Positions 17,251-26,137 of a DNA stretch of 26,557 bases are shown piece after piece. The notes below the pieces were generated by a model, which had not been told where the DNA came from, searched no databases, and worked only from the letters and a program-made list of their open reading frames with translations. Source of the DNA: a virus (taxonomy: Duplodnaviria > Caudoviricetes); the IMG/VR virus record IMGVR_UViG_3300033997_000166, positions 1 to 26,557 of that record; one strand, given 5' to 3'. The translations under genes and the position numbers were made by a program. Numbering within the stretch: the stretch's first letter is position 1; every line of letters begins with the position of its first letter.

Positions 17251-18119
17251 TGGACGTAAAGGCCAACATTCCAGAATTCAACACGCCGTTCATTGGGCAG
17301 GATGGCCGGGTTAACTACATCTGGTGGCAATTTCTGCTCAAGCTTTTCGCCAGGACTGGAGGCACCTCTGGTAATGACGGAGACGCTTCGCTTGAGTTGA
17401 TCCGATCACTCGAGGGCAGCTCTTCTGCCATGGTCGCGTTCCAGGCTATTTCGGTTGATTCCCCGGGTGCTTATGCGCAGATTGGGCGTATGCCTAGGCC
17501 GGCCGTGTTGGTTCCCGACCAGATGGTCTACCAGCATGGAATTCACGATGCAGGGGATCTGCACGCAGTAGTTACAGCAGCAAAGAATGGCTTCATGGCG
17601 TCGGCGGACAAGTCCAAGCTGGACGGTTTTCCGAACATCACACCTGTGGCATTGACCGCCGATGCCACCATCGTCAACAGCACGGCTGATGGGAACATTC
17701 TGCAACTGACTGCGCCGGCCAGTAGCCTGGTCGTTGGTTCGACTCTCGGCGGCCGCCTCTATGCCCTTGTTAGCTCGGCTGCGGCAACCGGAACGCTGAG
17801 CGTATGGATCAAGATTGGCGCGACAAAGGTAATCACGCAGACCTTCACGATGCCTGCCTTGGGTCAGACCAATACAGGCATGTCGTACTACTTCACGGCT
17901 TCTGTGCGTACCACGGGTGCCTCAGGGACGATCCAGCTATCTGCGCTAATGACCTCGAACGGTAACGCTCTGAATGCCGGCCCCGTTGTGTCGACAGCTA
18001 GCGCGACCATCAACACAACTATTTCCAATACGTTCACCCTCGGCTGGAACTGGAGCGTCGCCAACGCTGCAAACAGTGCCACCGCGAAGAACGCTGTCCT
18101 GAGCCAGGAGAAGCTATGA
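17250..18119 (+). CDS. Tail needle/fibre-like protein (gp26 position)
   Basis: GFMASADKSKLDG fibre-type motif; Thr/Ser/Ala-rich beta C-terminal domain; synteny. Confidence 0.6.
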   Translation: MDVKANIPEFNTPFIGQDGRVNYIWWQFLLKLFARTGGTSGNDGDASLELIRSLEGSSSAMVAFQAISVDSPGAYAQIGRMPRPAVLVPDQMVYQHGIHDAGDLHAVVTAAKNGFMASADKSKLDGFPNITPVALTADATIVNSTADGNILQLTAPASSLVVGSTLGGRLYALVSSAAATGTLSVWIKIGATKVITQTFTMPALGQTNTGMSYYFTASVRTTGASGTIQLSALMTSNGNALNAGPVVSTASATINTTISNTFTLGWNWSVANAANSATAKNAVLSQEKL

Positions 18120-18448
18120 GTCTCACCTACAGCGAAATGATCCGCGGGCAGTTGCTCACGGCAACTCCTACCTCCTACTACAGCGCCCCGTTGAATTCCT
18201 CCGCCTCCATACAAGCCGTGACGGCAAACAACCCTACCGGATCTGCGGTGATTGTCGACCTCTACAAGGTGCCCTCTGGATCTGCCGCCGATGCCTCCAC
18301 AAAGATCGCCTCGCGCACTGTTCCGGCTGGCACGACTGTAACCCTGTTCGATGCACTGAACCATAAGCTCCAGTCGGGTACGGCTCTGTTCGCAGCTGGG
18401 AACGGATGCGGCCTCAACGTCTCTGGCGTCGAGTACATCCCGGAATGA
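18116..18448 (+). CDS. Hypothetical virion-associated protein
   Basis: ATGA coupling; beta-rich 110 aa. Confidence 0.7.
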   Translation: MSLTYSEMIRGQLLTATPTSYYSAPLNSSASIQAVTANNPTGSAVIVDLYKVPSGSAADASTKIASRTVPAGTTVTLFDALNHKLQSGTALFAAGNGCGLNVSGVEYIPE

Positions 18449-18852
18449 TCGCATCGCCTGATTTCGTCAGGTCGATCATTACCCATCCGGAAGTGTGGCC
18501 GCATCTCTCTGAAGATGGGGATGACCCGGCCGAATTTGAACCCGCGGACGCGATCTACTTCCGCTATAGAGACTTCGGTTTCGTCGAATTCCGAGCGTGT
18601 GGCCGTCACTGGTACCAGGCGCATATCGCGATGCTTCGTGGTACTCCACGCGTGCAGTCGTTCGCTCGGCTGTGTATGGAGATCATGCGCCGAGATCACG
18701 GAGCCCTGGCATTCACCGGCTTCATCCCGGCGACTAACCGGGCGGCACTGATCAATGCCCTGCGCTGCGGATTTAGCGAAGAGGGCAGGATGAAAAACGT
18801 TTTCCTCAAGAACGGCCAGCTGGTCGATATGGTTGTCATGGGAGCCAGATAA
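18445..18852 (+). CDS. GNAT-fold acetyltransferase-like protein (P22 gp14 position)
   Basis: IPATNRAALINALRCGFSEEGRMKNVFLKNGQLVD resembles the RimJ/L GNAT C-terminal motif. Confidence 0.75.
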   Translation: MIASPDFVRSIITHPEVWPHLSEDGDDPAEFEPADAIYFRYRDFGFVEFRACGRHWYQAHIAMLRGTPRVQSFARLCMEIMRRDHGALAFTGFIPATNRAALINALRCGFSEEGRMKNVFLKNGQLVDMVVMGAR

Positions 18853-19760
18853 TGGGCAGCGTCAAGAAGATCGTAGGCAGTATCACCGGTAGCACTGGAG
18901 CAGATGCCGCCAAGGATGCGGCAAATGCGCAAGCGGCAGCTGCTAACAACGCTGCACGGCTAACTCAACAACAGTTCGATCAGCTGCGCAAAGACCTGGC
19001 TCCATTTGTATCGCTGGGGACTGGTTCGCAGAACGCGCTTTTGCAGGCGATGGGCTATACGCCAACATTCAAGGATGGGCAGCTATCTGGCTTGGCAGTG
19101 AATCCTAAGGCTGCGTTGCAGCAGCAATTCAGCTTTACCGGGGAAGACCTGCAGAACACTCCTGGCTACCAATTCGCCTTGAATCAAGGGCTCCGCGCAG
19201 TTCAGAACAGCGCCTCGGCACAGGGGCTTGGGTTGTCCGGCGCTCAACTCAAAGGGGCTACGCAGTACGCGACCGGACTTGCCGATCAGACCTATGGTGA
19301 CCAATACAACCGCGCCCTGAGCACCTACAACACCAATTATCAGACTGCTGCGAACAATGTGAACAACCTGATGCAGCTTCTTAACATCGGGCAGTCGTCC
19401 GCTGCTCAGACTGGCGTTGCAGGCCTTAACGCTGCGAACACTGCCGGTGGCTACCTAACCCAGGGCGCTAATGCCATCGCATCCGGCAAGATCGGGGCGG
19501 CCAACGCGTATGGAAACGCCCTACAGAGTGGTATTGGTACCGGTCTTGGGCTGTTCGCTCTCATGTCCGACCGGCGAATGAAGGTCGACATCAAGCGTGT
19601 CGGACAGACTGATTCGGGGCTGCCGATCTACACCTATCGCTACAAGGGCCACCCCACCGTTCACATGGGCGTCATGGCCCAGGAGCTTCAGGCAGTTAAC
19701 CCGGACGCGGTTGTTGAGCGCGATGGAATCCTGTTCGTGAACTATGCCGAGGTGGCGTAA
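18852..19760 (+). CDS. DNA ejection protein (gp7-like) with C-terminal peptidase S74-like chaperone domain
   Basis: Ala/Gln/Gly-rich, PGYQF, SGAQLK; C-terminus SDRRMK...YTYRYK...GVMAQE...V.Y. Confidence 0.8.
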   Translation: MGSVKKIVGSITGSTGADAAKDAANAQAAAANNAARLTQQQFDQLRKDLAPFVSLGTGSQNALLQAMGYTPTFKDGQLSGLAVNPKAALQQQFSFTGEDLQNTPGYQFALNQGLRAVQNSASAQGLGLSGAQLKGATQYATGLADQTYGDQYNRALSTYNTNYQTAANNVNNLMQLLNIGQSSAAQTGVAGLNAANTAGGYLTQGANAIASGKIGAANAYGNALQSGIGTGLGLFALMSDRRMKVDIKRVGQTDSGLPIYTYRYKGHPTVHMGVMAQELQAVNPDAVVERDGILFVNYAEVA

Positions 19761-21235
19761 TGGCTATCGATCCGAGCATCCCGCTTCAGGCATCAGCCGG
19801 TGGCGCCCAGAACCCTCTTGCCATGCTGTCCGCTGCAATGCAGTTGCGCGGGGCGAACCTGAACCAGAGCGCTCTTAATCAGCAGATCCAGGCAAATCAG
19901 GCGGCCTCTGCGGCGTACCAGCAAGCGACCGATCCGACTACAGGGCAGATCGATTACAACAAGCTGACCGCTCTGCTGGCGAACTCGCCTGCCGCCTACA
20001 ACCTGCCGCAGATACAAGCGCAGATCGCGCAGCAGAAGAACGCGCAGCTTGAGAGCCAATCGAAGCAGTTCGAGCTTGCTCGAAAGCAAGTGAATTGGCT
20101 GAAGGGTGGCCTCGGCTCATTGCTAAACAATCCCGGGGTTAGCGGAGCGGACGTGATGAAGCTTGCTGCTGGAGGGATCGCGCAAGGCTTCCTTACGCCA
20201 GAGCAGGCCGCCGAAGAGCTTCGCTCCATGCCGTCCGATCCCCAGCAATTGCAGGGATGGCTGCGCAATCTCTATGTTCAGTCGCTCGACAGTGATGCTC
20301 AGCTCCAGGCAATCCAGCCTCAATTCCAGACTATTGATACTGGCTCTGCAATTGGCTTGGTCAATACCAACCCGTTGGCGGGCGGCCAGCAAGTTGGCCA
20401 GGTCGCCGCGTCGTTCCAGAAGGGCCTTTCGCCGGAAACCGCAACGACTCCAACCGAGATCTTCAATCCGCAAACTGGAGCGCCTGAACTAGTGACTCGG
20501 GCTCAGTTCGCCGGCATGGCAGGTGGCGCGCCGAGCGGTAGATATCCAGGGACTCCCGGGATCAATCCGATGGGCGGCGGCGTACAAGCTGCTCCTGGAA
20601 TCGGCCAGACCGCAGGCGCTGAGGTGGCGGCGCGTGGAGCCGCAGAGCGCTTCAACAACCTTGCCAATGACGCCGGCAATGTGAGGAACACTGTTCAGGG
20701 ATACGACGCAGCACTGGGCGCGTTGGAGAATCTTGGCCGCTCAGGCCCGGCTGTCGACAAGACGATGCTGATCAGTTCGACGCTTGAGAGCCTGGGGCTT
20801 CCGTCCGACAAGGACGCGAACGCGAACTGGCAATCTCTGAACAAGTACTTGCAAAACGCTGGAGCGAGTGCGGCAGCGCAGGCCGGCTATGGCGGCACGG
20901 ACGCGGGTCGAGCCGTCTTTGGAGAGGGGCAGCCTTCAGCTAAGTCGATGAACCCTGAGGCGCTTCGTGAGGCAATCCAGTATGTGAAGGCGCAGAACCT
21001 CGGCGTTCTGGCAAAGCAAGGTGCAGCCCAGCGCTTCATCGACCAAAATGGCGGTGACTACACGAAGTACAGCCAGTTCGAAACCCGCTGGAACAAGACC
21101 TATAACCCAGACGCCATGTTCTACATGAGCCTGCCTCCTGAACAGCAAACGGGCTACATCAAAGGCCTGTCTGCGGATAAGCGCAAGAAGCTGGCCGAGA
21201 GCATCCAGAAAATGGACATGCTGGGGGCCTTCTAA
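19760..21235 (+). CDS. DNA ejection protein (gp20-like)
   Basis: Gln/Ala-rich helical 491 aa; synteny. Confidence 0.7.
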   Translation: MAIDPSIPLQASAGGAQNPLAMLSAAMQLRGANLNQSALNQQIQANQAASAAYQQATDPTTGQIDYNKLTALLANSPAAYNLPQIQAQIAQQKNAQLESQSKQFELARKQVNWLKGGLGSLLNNPGVSGADVMKLAAGGIAQGFLTPEQAAEELRSMPSDPQQLQGWLRNLYVQSLDSDAQLQAIQPQFQTIDTGSAIGLVNTNPLAGGQQVGQVAASFQKGLSPETATTPTEIFNPQTGAPELVTRAQFAGMAGGAPSGRYPGTPGINPMGGGVQAAPGIGQTAGAEVAARGAAERFNNLANDAGNVRNTVQGYDAALGALENLGRSGPAVDKTMLISSTLESLGLPSDKDANANWQSLNKYLQNAGASAAAQAGYGGTDAGRAVFGEGQPSAKSMNPEALREAIQYVKAQNLGVLAKQGAAQRFIDQNGGDYTKYSQFETRWNKTYNPDAMFYMSLPPEQQTGYIKGLSADKRKKLAESIQKMDMLGAF

Positions 21236-23832
21236 TGGCGAACTACGACGCTTGGATCGAAGAGGCAAGCAGAGCGCACAACGTAGACCCTGGCCTTGTT
21301 CGCCTGCTTATTGGGCAGGAGAGCCGCGGCGATCCAAATGCCGTCAGCCCGAAGGGTGCGAGGGGGTTGGGTCAACTGATGCCCGCGACGGCAGCAGAGC
21401 TAGGCGTTGATCCTACTGACCCGCGTCAAAATATCTTTGGTACTGCGCGCTACCTGTCCCAGCAACTGGACAGATTCGGCTCCGTTCCCCTCGCGCTGGC
21501 AGCATATAACGCAGGCCCAGGAACGGTTGAGCGAGTTGGCGGAATACCTGACTACCCCGAGACTCAGAACTACGTAAAGGACATCATGGCCAAATACCAA
21601 GGTGCGCAGCCTGCGTACGAGCCGTCTAGCGCTTCTGTGTCTGAGGCCCTTGCGCGACTGAACGGTGCGCCGGAGGCTGCTCCTGGCGGTGATGGGTACC
21701 AGCCTTCAAGCCAGGCCGTTGCCGATGCCCTGTCGATGTTGAGCGCGCCAGTAGACGAGAAAGCTGGCGAGCCTGTCGCACAGGCACCTCAGGAAAAGGG
21801 CCTGGGAGATCGACTCAAAGACCTGAACGCGGCCATCAACGCCCCGGCTGTCGGGTTCTTCCGTGGCATGCGGGAGATTGCAGATGCGCCGAGCGAGTGG
21901 CTTGCGAAAGGTTCAGAGGCAGCCGGAATCACGGACGCCTTGAAATCGCTTGGCATCGATATGCTGACGGGCGCAGAGCAGTTGGCCGCAAACAAGGCGC
22001 GCCGCGCAGGTTATGCGAACGAAAGCGGATCGGAGCTTGCCGGCCGCGTTCTTGGAAACATCGCTGGTGTGATGGTCCCTATGGCCGGAGCGGAATCTGC
22101 TCTTGCTGGTGGTGGGAATGCTCTCCTTGGGGCGCTGTCGAATTCGCCTAGAACTGCATCGGCACTCCATGGCGTCGGGAACTTCCTGTCCGGTCAGGGA
22201 GGGGCGCTCTCCAAGGCGGCATATGGCGCAGCGCAGGGAGCTGGATCTGCCGCGCTTATGTCTGGCGCGAGCGACTCTCCATTGGAGAACCAAGTGGGCG
22301 CCGGGGCGGCTATTGGCGCAGTAGCAGGCCCCATCGTGTCGGCCCTGGCGAATCCAGTTTCGCGCCTTGTATCTCGAGCCAGGGGAGCGGTTACTCCTAA
22401 CTCTGCCATTCAGAACAACGCTGATGAGGTCATGGAGCGCGTCAGGGTGACTCTTGAAGGTGGGGGCACCGACTTGTCACAGATCCCTCAAGGCATTCTT
22501 CGAGGCGTAAGGACGCAGGTTGAAAACGCCTTGCGCGCTGGCCGACAGATTGATCCTGCGGCTCTCGCCAGGCAAGCGGAGTTCGAGGCGCTGGGTATTC
22601 AGCCAACCCTTGGGCAATTGACCAGAGATGCCGGGCAGTTCACCGCCGAACGAAATATGCGCGGTATCGCAGGCGCCGGAGAGCCACTAGCTCAGCGATT
22701 TGCCGAGCAGAACAACCAGCTCATGCAGGTCCTGGGGCGGATGGGTGGCGCCGATGCTGTTGAGGCCGATGCTGCCGGGAACGCTCTGGTCAACCGCCTA
22801 CAGGCCTTGGACATGCCCCGCCGTGAAGCTGTCAATCAGGCGTACCAATCTGCCCGGGATTCTGCCGGTCGCTATGCCAACATCGACGTTCCTACGTTTA
22901 GCCAGGCTGCAAATCAGGCGCTCGACGAAAACATGTTGGGGCGCTGGTTGCCGGGGCAGGTGCGGGACATGCTGAATGACATCAGTAGCGGTCGCATTCC
23001 CCTCAACGTCAATACCGCTGTCCAGGTCGATAGCGTCATGAGTGAAGCGCAACGCGCTGCCACGCGGGCGGGGGACTCTGCTGCTGCACGGGCGGTTGGT
23101 GTTGTTCGCGACGCACTCCAGGCTGCGCCCGTGGAAGAGGGTGCAGGAGCCGCAGCAAGGGCACAATTCGATGCTGCCAGAGGGCTGGCACGAGCCAGAT
23201 TCGCCGAGATTGAGGGTATACCTGCGCTGCGCGCGGCACTGGATGATGCGCGCCCGGATACATTCGTGAAGAACTACATCCTGAATGGGGATCCGCGCGG
23301 CGTTACCGCTCTTGGTCGGTATATCGCAGAAGACCCCGCCGCCATGCAGACCGCTCGTTCGCAGATCGCAGCGCATCTTCAGGAAAAGGCGTTCGGACGC
23401 AATACTGCGGGTGATGCAACGTTCCGCCAAGATGCATATAACAAGGCGCTCCAACAGATCGGAACCAACAAGCTATCGGCGTTCTTCTCACCAGAAGAGG
23501 TTCAGCAACTACGCCTTGTCGGGCGAGTTGGGGCGAATATCAACGCCCAGCCGGTCGGGTCGGCAGTCAACAACTCGAACACCGCCGCTGCTGCTATGAA
23601 TCTGCTCTCTGAGATGGGCGGATTTAGCAGCTACCCGGGCATCAACGTGGTCAGGGAGAGTTTTAGAACCTTTTCGAACGAAAGGGCTGCGCGCAATGCG
23701 TTGCTACCGCGTCTTGAGAGGGTTCAGACCGATCCGGCAGATGCAAATGCTCTGATTCGTTTGCTCACCTCTGGAACAAACTCCCGCATCACTTCCGAGC
23801 AACCGCCTCGGCAACGACAGCAACAGAAATAA
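21235..23832 (+). CDS. Large ejection protein (gp16-like) with N-terminal lytic transglycosylase
   Basis: SLT motifs QES, GARGLGQLMP, ALAAYNAG, ETQNYV; Gly/Ala-rich hydrophobic segments. Confidence 0.88.
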   Translation: MANYDAWIEEASRAHNVDPGLVRLLIGQESRGDPNAVSPKGARGLGQLMPATAAELGVDPTDPRQNIFGTARYLSQQLDRFGSVPLALAAYNAGPGTVERVGGIPDYPETQNYVKDIMAKYQGAQPAYEPSSASVSEALARLNGAPEAAPGGDGYQPSSQAVADALSMLSAPVDEKAGEPVAQAPQEKGLGDRLKDLNAAINAPAVGFFRGMREIADAPSEWLAKGSEAAGITDALKSLGIDMLTGAEQLAANKARRAGYANESGSELAGRVLGNIAGVMVPMAGAESALAGGGNALLGALSNSPRTASALHGVGNFLSGQGGALSKAAYGAAQGAGSAALMSGASDSPLENQVGAGAAIGAVAGPIVSALANPVSRLVSRARGAVTPNSAIQNNADEVMERVRVTLEGGGTDLSQIPQGILRGVRTQVENALRAGRQIDPAALARQAEFEALGIQPTLGQLTRDAGQFTAERNMRGIAGAGEPLAQRFAEQNNQLMQVLGRMGGADAVEADAAGNALVNRLQALDMPRREAVNQAYQSARDSAGRYANIDVPTFSQAANQALDENMLGRWLPGQVRDMLNDISSGRIPLNVNTAVQVDSVMSEAQRAATRAGDSAAARAVGVVRDALQAAPVEEGAGAAARAQFDAARGLARARFAEIEGIPALRAALDDARPDTFVKNYILNGDPRGVTALGRYIAEDPAAMQTARSQIAAHLQEKAFGRNTAGDATFRQDAYNKALQQIGTNKLSAFFSPEEVQQLRLVGRVGANINAQPVGSAVNNSNTAAAAMNLLSEMGGFSSYPGINVVRESFRTFSNERAARNALLPRLERVQTDPADANALIRLLTSGTNSRITSEQPPRQRQQQK

Positions 23833-23917
23833 ACGCCCAGTAAAGCCACGCGTTAAACTCCGTAAAGTCAAACATCGCATAAATAACGTCTTTCGCTACT
23901 TGCGAGAGATAGTCCAT
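23789..23917 (-). CDS. Putative 42-aa membrane peptide (MDYLSQVAKDVIYAMFDFTEFNAWLYWAFISVAVVAEAVARK)
   Basis: Translated by hand; GAGG 6 nt before ATG; hydrophobic segment followed by RK; covers most of an AT-rich gap. Confidence 0.55.
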   Translation of the reverse strand: MDYLSQVAKDVIYAMFDFTEFNAWLYWAFISVAVVAEAVARK

Positions 23918-23943
23918 ATATTGCCTCTAAAAAGGTATTCGCC

Positions 23944-25560
23944 ATGACACAACTGTTGCCAAACGGCAAGCAGCACTTTGTCGACAACAACGGGCATCCG
24001 CTCGTTGGTGGTCGGGTCTATCATTACTACGTTGGGACCAACACGCCAAAAGACACGTATCAGGATAGCGGGCAGACGATACCAAACACAAACCCCATCG
24101 TTCTGGACGCTAGAGGCGAGGCATCAATTTATGGGTCTGGGCCATATCGCCAGGTATTGACCACATCATCTGGCGTTACGATTTGGGATCAAGTCATCCT
24201 AGACCCTTCATCTGCTGTTGGTGGTGACCTAGACGCGTTCAAGGCTGATCTTGCCAACAACACCGATCCTCTAAAAGGGGCTGGTCTCGTAGGATTTTCC
24301 AACAGCGCTGTTTACGCAGACGGTACGGTTGGCGATGGTATTCGCGAAATAAACGCCAAAATTGGCGTGATAGTTACCGATTACGGTGCGAAAGGCGATG
24401 GCGTTACGGACGACACGGCATCTATCCAGAGTGCGATTGCCGCAGCAGGGGAATATAGTGATGTAATATTCCCTGAGGGCACCTACCTAATCACCTCTAC
24501 ACTCACGTCGTTGACTGGCCAGCGCTGGCTTGGAAGGGGTGGTCAACGAGGGACTACCCTCAAGAAGGGCGCCAACATCGACATGGTGGTAGTAGGTACG
24601 CTTTCCACCATTCTTGATATCAACCTGGAAGGTGTTGGTGCTACCTATACAGGTAAGGGGTTCCGTATCGTCTCTGGATTTAGCCAAACGATCACCCGGT
24701 GTCGTGCGGTAAACATGGGTGGTGAGCCTCTTTACTTCGACAGTAACGCGGGCGGAGGGGCTAACGTAACAGTATTCGAAGGGTACCCTGTCGATACGGA
24801 TGCTTATGCTGGCTGCGCTATTGCGGAAGATACTGCTCCTCATCCTCGGTTCTTCCGTGGTATGTGGTTGAGCGGTGCTAACTTTGCCCTTGGCCCTGGT
24901 GCAGGTAATGGTGGATCGATGACTCAATTCTACATTAGGGATTTGAGGTTTGATCCTACTTCAACTCTGTTCCACATTTCCAATGGACGTTGTGCAACTC
25001 AAGGAGCCACGACAACTCTTAAGGGTTACGATCACTCAATCGATGGTGTTGCTTTTGCAGGTCCTGTCGCACTTGACTCTGCTCAAGGTATCAACCTCGG
25101 TCCATCTTGCTCTGTACCGTCACTCACGGAGAACGCGACCAACTCGCAATACAACTCCGTCTATGTACAGCGTAGGACCTACACCCCAACTTGGACGCAG
25201 ACTAGCGCCACTCCTGCAATTGGCAATGGTACCTTGACTGGTAACTATGTTCGAGCTGGTCACATGTGTCATGTGCAGATTGAGTTGGTAGCAGGTTCGA
25301 CTACAACCTTCGGGGATGCAGCGTCAGGTTATAGGTTCTCCCTTCCGTTCCCTGGCCACCTTTCTTTCAACCAGAGAGGGTTTCCTGTGCGGATCTATGA
25401 TACGAGCGCTGGTGCGGATTTCACTGGGTGGGCATCCATTGGCGCAGGTCAGGACTACATTACTATCTCCGTGGGAGCGCAGCTGGTCCGCGCCACGTCG
25501 CCCATGACGTGGGCGAACGGCGACACCTTACAGTGTTCGTTCTCCTATATGACACGCTAG
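23944..25560 (+). CDS. Tailspike / polysaccharide depolymerase
   Basis: N-terminal virion-binding domain (NTNPIVLDARGEA), VTDYGAKGDGVTDDT...FPEGTYLI beta-helix start, C-terminal beta domain. Confidence 0.9.
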   Translation: MTQLLPNGKQHFVDNNGHPLVGGRVYHYYVGTNTPKDTYQDSGQTIPNTNPIVLDARGEASIYGSGPYRQVLTTSSGVTIWDQVILDPSSAVGGDLDAFKADLANNTDPLKGAGLVGFSNSAVYADGTVGDGIREINAKIGVIVTDYGAKGDGVTDDTASIQSAIAAAGEYSDVIFPEGTYLITSTLTSLTGQRWLGRGGQRGTTLKKGANIDMVVVGTLSTILDINLEGVGATYTGKGFRIVSGFSQTITRCRAVNMGGEPLYFDSNAGGGANVTVFEGYPVDTDAYAGCAIAEDTAPHPRFFRGMWLSGANFALGPGAGNGGSMTQFYIRDLRFDPTSTLFHISNGRCATQGATTTLKGYDHSIDGVAFAGPVALDSAQGINLGPSCSVPSLTENATNSQYNSVYVQRRTYTPTWTQTSATPAIGNGTLTGNYVRAGHMCHVQIELVAGSTTTFGDAASGYRFSLPFPGHLSFNQRGFPVRIYDTSAGADFTGWASIGAGQDYITISVGAQLVRATSPMTWANGDTLQCSFSYMTR

Positions 25561-25586
25561 CGCCGTTGTGCCATGATCGCCGGTCC

Positions 25587-25697
25587 TCACGGCGGCAGCC
25601 AGTCAGGGCGCGCCTGGATTGCGCTGCGGATTGATGATTCAGTTCGCCCGAGCAGCTTGGCAAGTTCTGGCACATGGATGATTTCAGGTTCCATCAT
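25587..25697 (-). pseudogene. Apparently truncated excisionase-like HTH (36 aa)
   Basis: MMEPEIIHVPELAKLLGRTESSIRSAIQARPDWLPP-stop: HTH present, but it stops at LPP before the expected wing; AAGGAG RBS; last gene of the leftward operon. Confidence 0.65.
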
Positions 25698-26137
25698 TGC
25701 TTGGCTCCTTCTATGGCTGCGTCGATTACAGCGTCGAGACGTTCTCCGAACAGATGCGATGCTCGGTCGCGTACAACCACATCTCCGCACTGCTTCTGCC
25801 TCAATGCGCGATACCGCGCAGCATCCTTCGCCATGCGCCGAATCTGCTCTGGAATGCTGACATCGCCGCCGTCTGGAGGGTCCATGTAGTAGGTGCCAGG
25901 CAGGGCGCTTGCGCACTCCTTCAAGCCCTGCACCAACCACTCGCAGTGTTTCTGCGTGTCCTTGTGGGCGCAGTTCTCCGCCTTGAGCCGAGCGCTCAGC
26001 AGATCAACCTCGGCAATCAGCTTGAGGATGGCTTGTGGATTGGCGGCGGCACGGAATGCGGAGTCTTCGCCGCCGGCTCCGGATGGATTGGCGATGTACC
26101 GCTCCGCCAGCTCCTTCAGCTTTTTGATATCGGTCAT
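25694..26137 (-). CDS. Ead/Ea22-like early protein
   Basis: MTDIKKLKELAE, AANPQAILKLIAEV, KDAARYRALR, LDAVIDAA; AAGGAG RBS. Confidence 0.75.
   Translation of the reverse strand: MTDIKKLKELAERYIANPSGAGGEDSAFRAAANPQAILKLIAEVDLLSARLKAENCAHKDTQKHCEWLVQGLKECASALPGTYYMDPPDGGDVSIPEQIRRMAKDAARYRALRQKQCGDVVVRDRASHLFGERLDAVIDAAIEGAKQ

Noticed and set aside
25561-25594. CGCCGT/ACGGCG inverted repeat as a bidirectional terminator or att core
   Set aside because: Only a 6-bp stem with a 22-nt loop and no U tract; no second copy or tRNA-like sequence seen.
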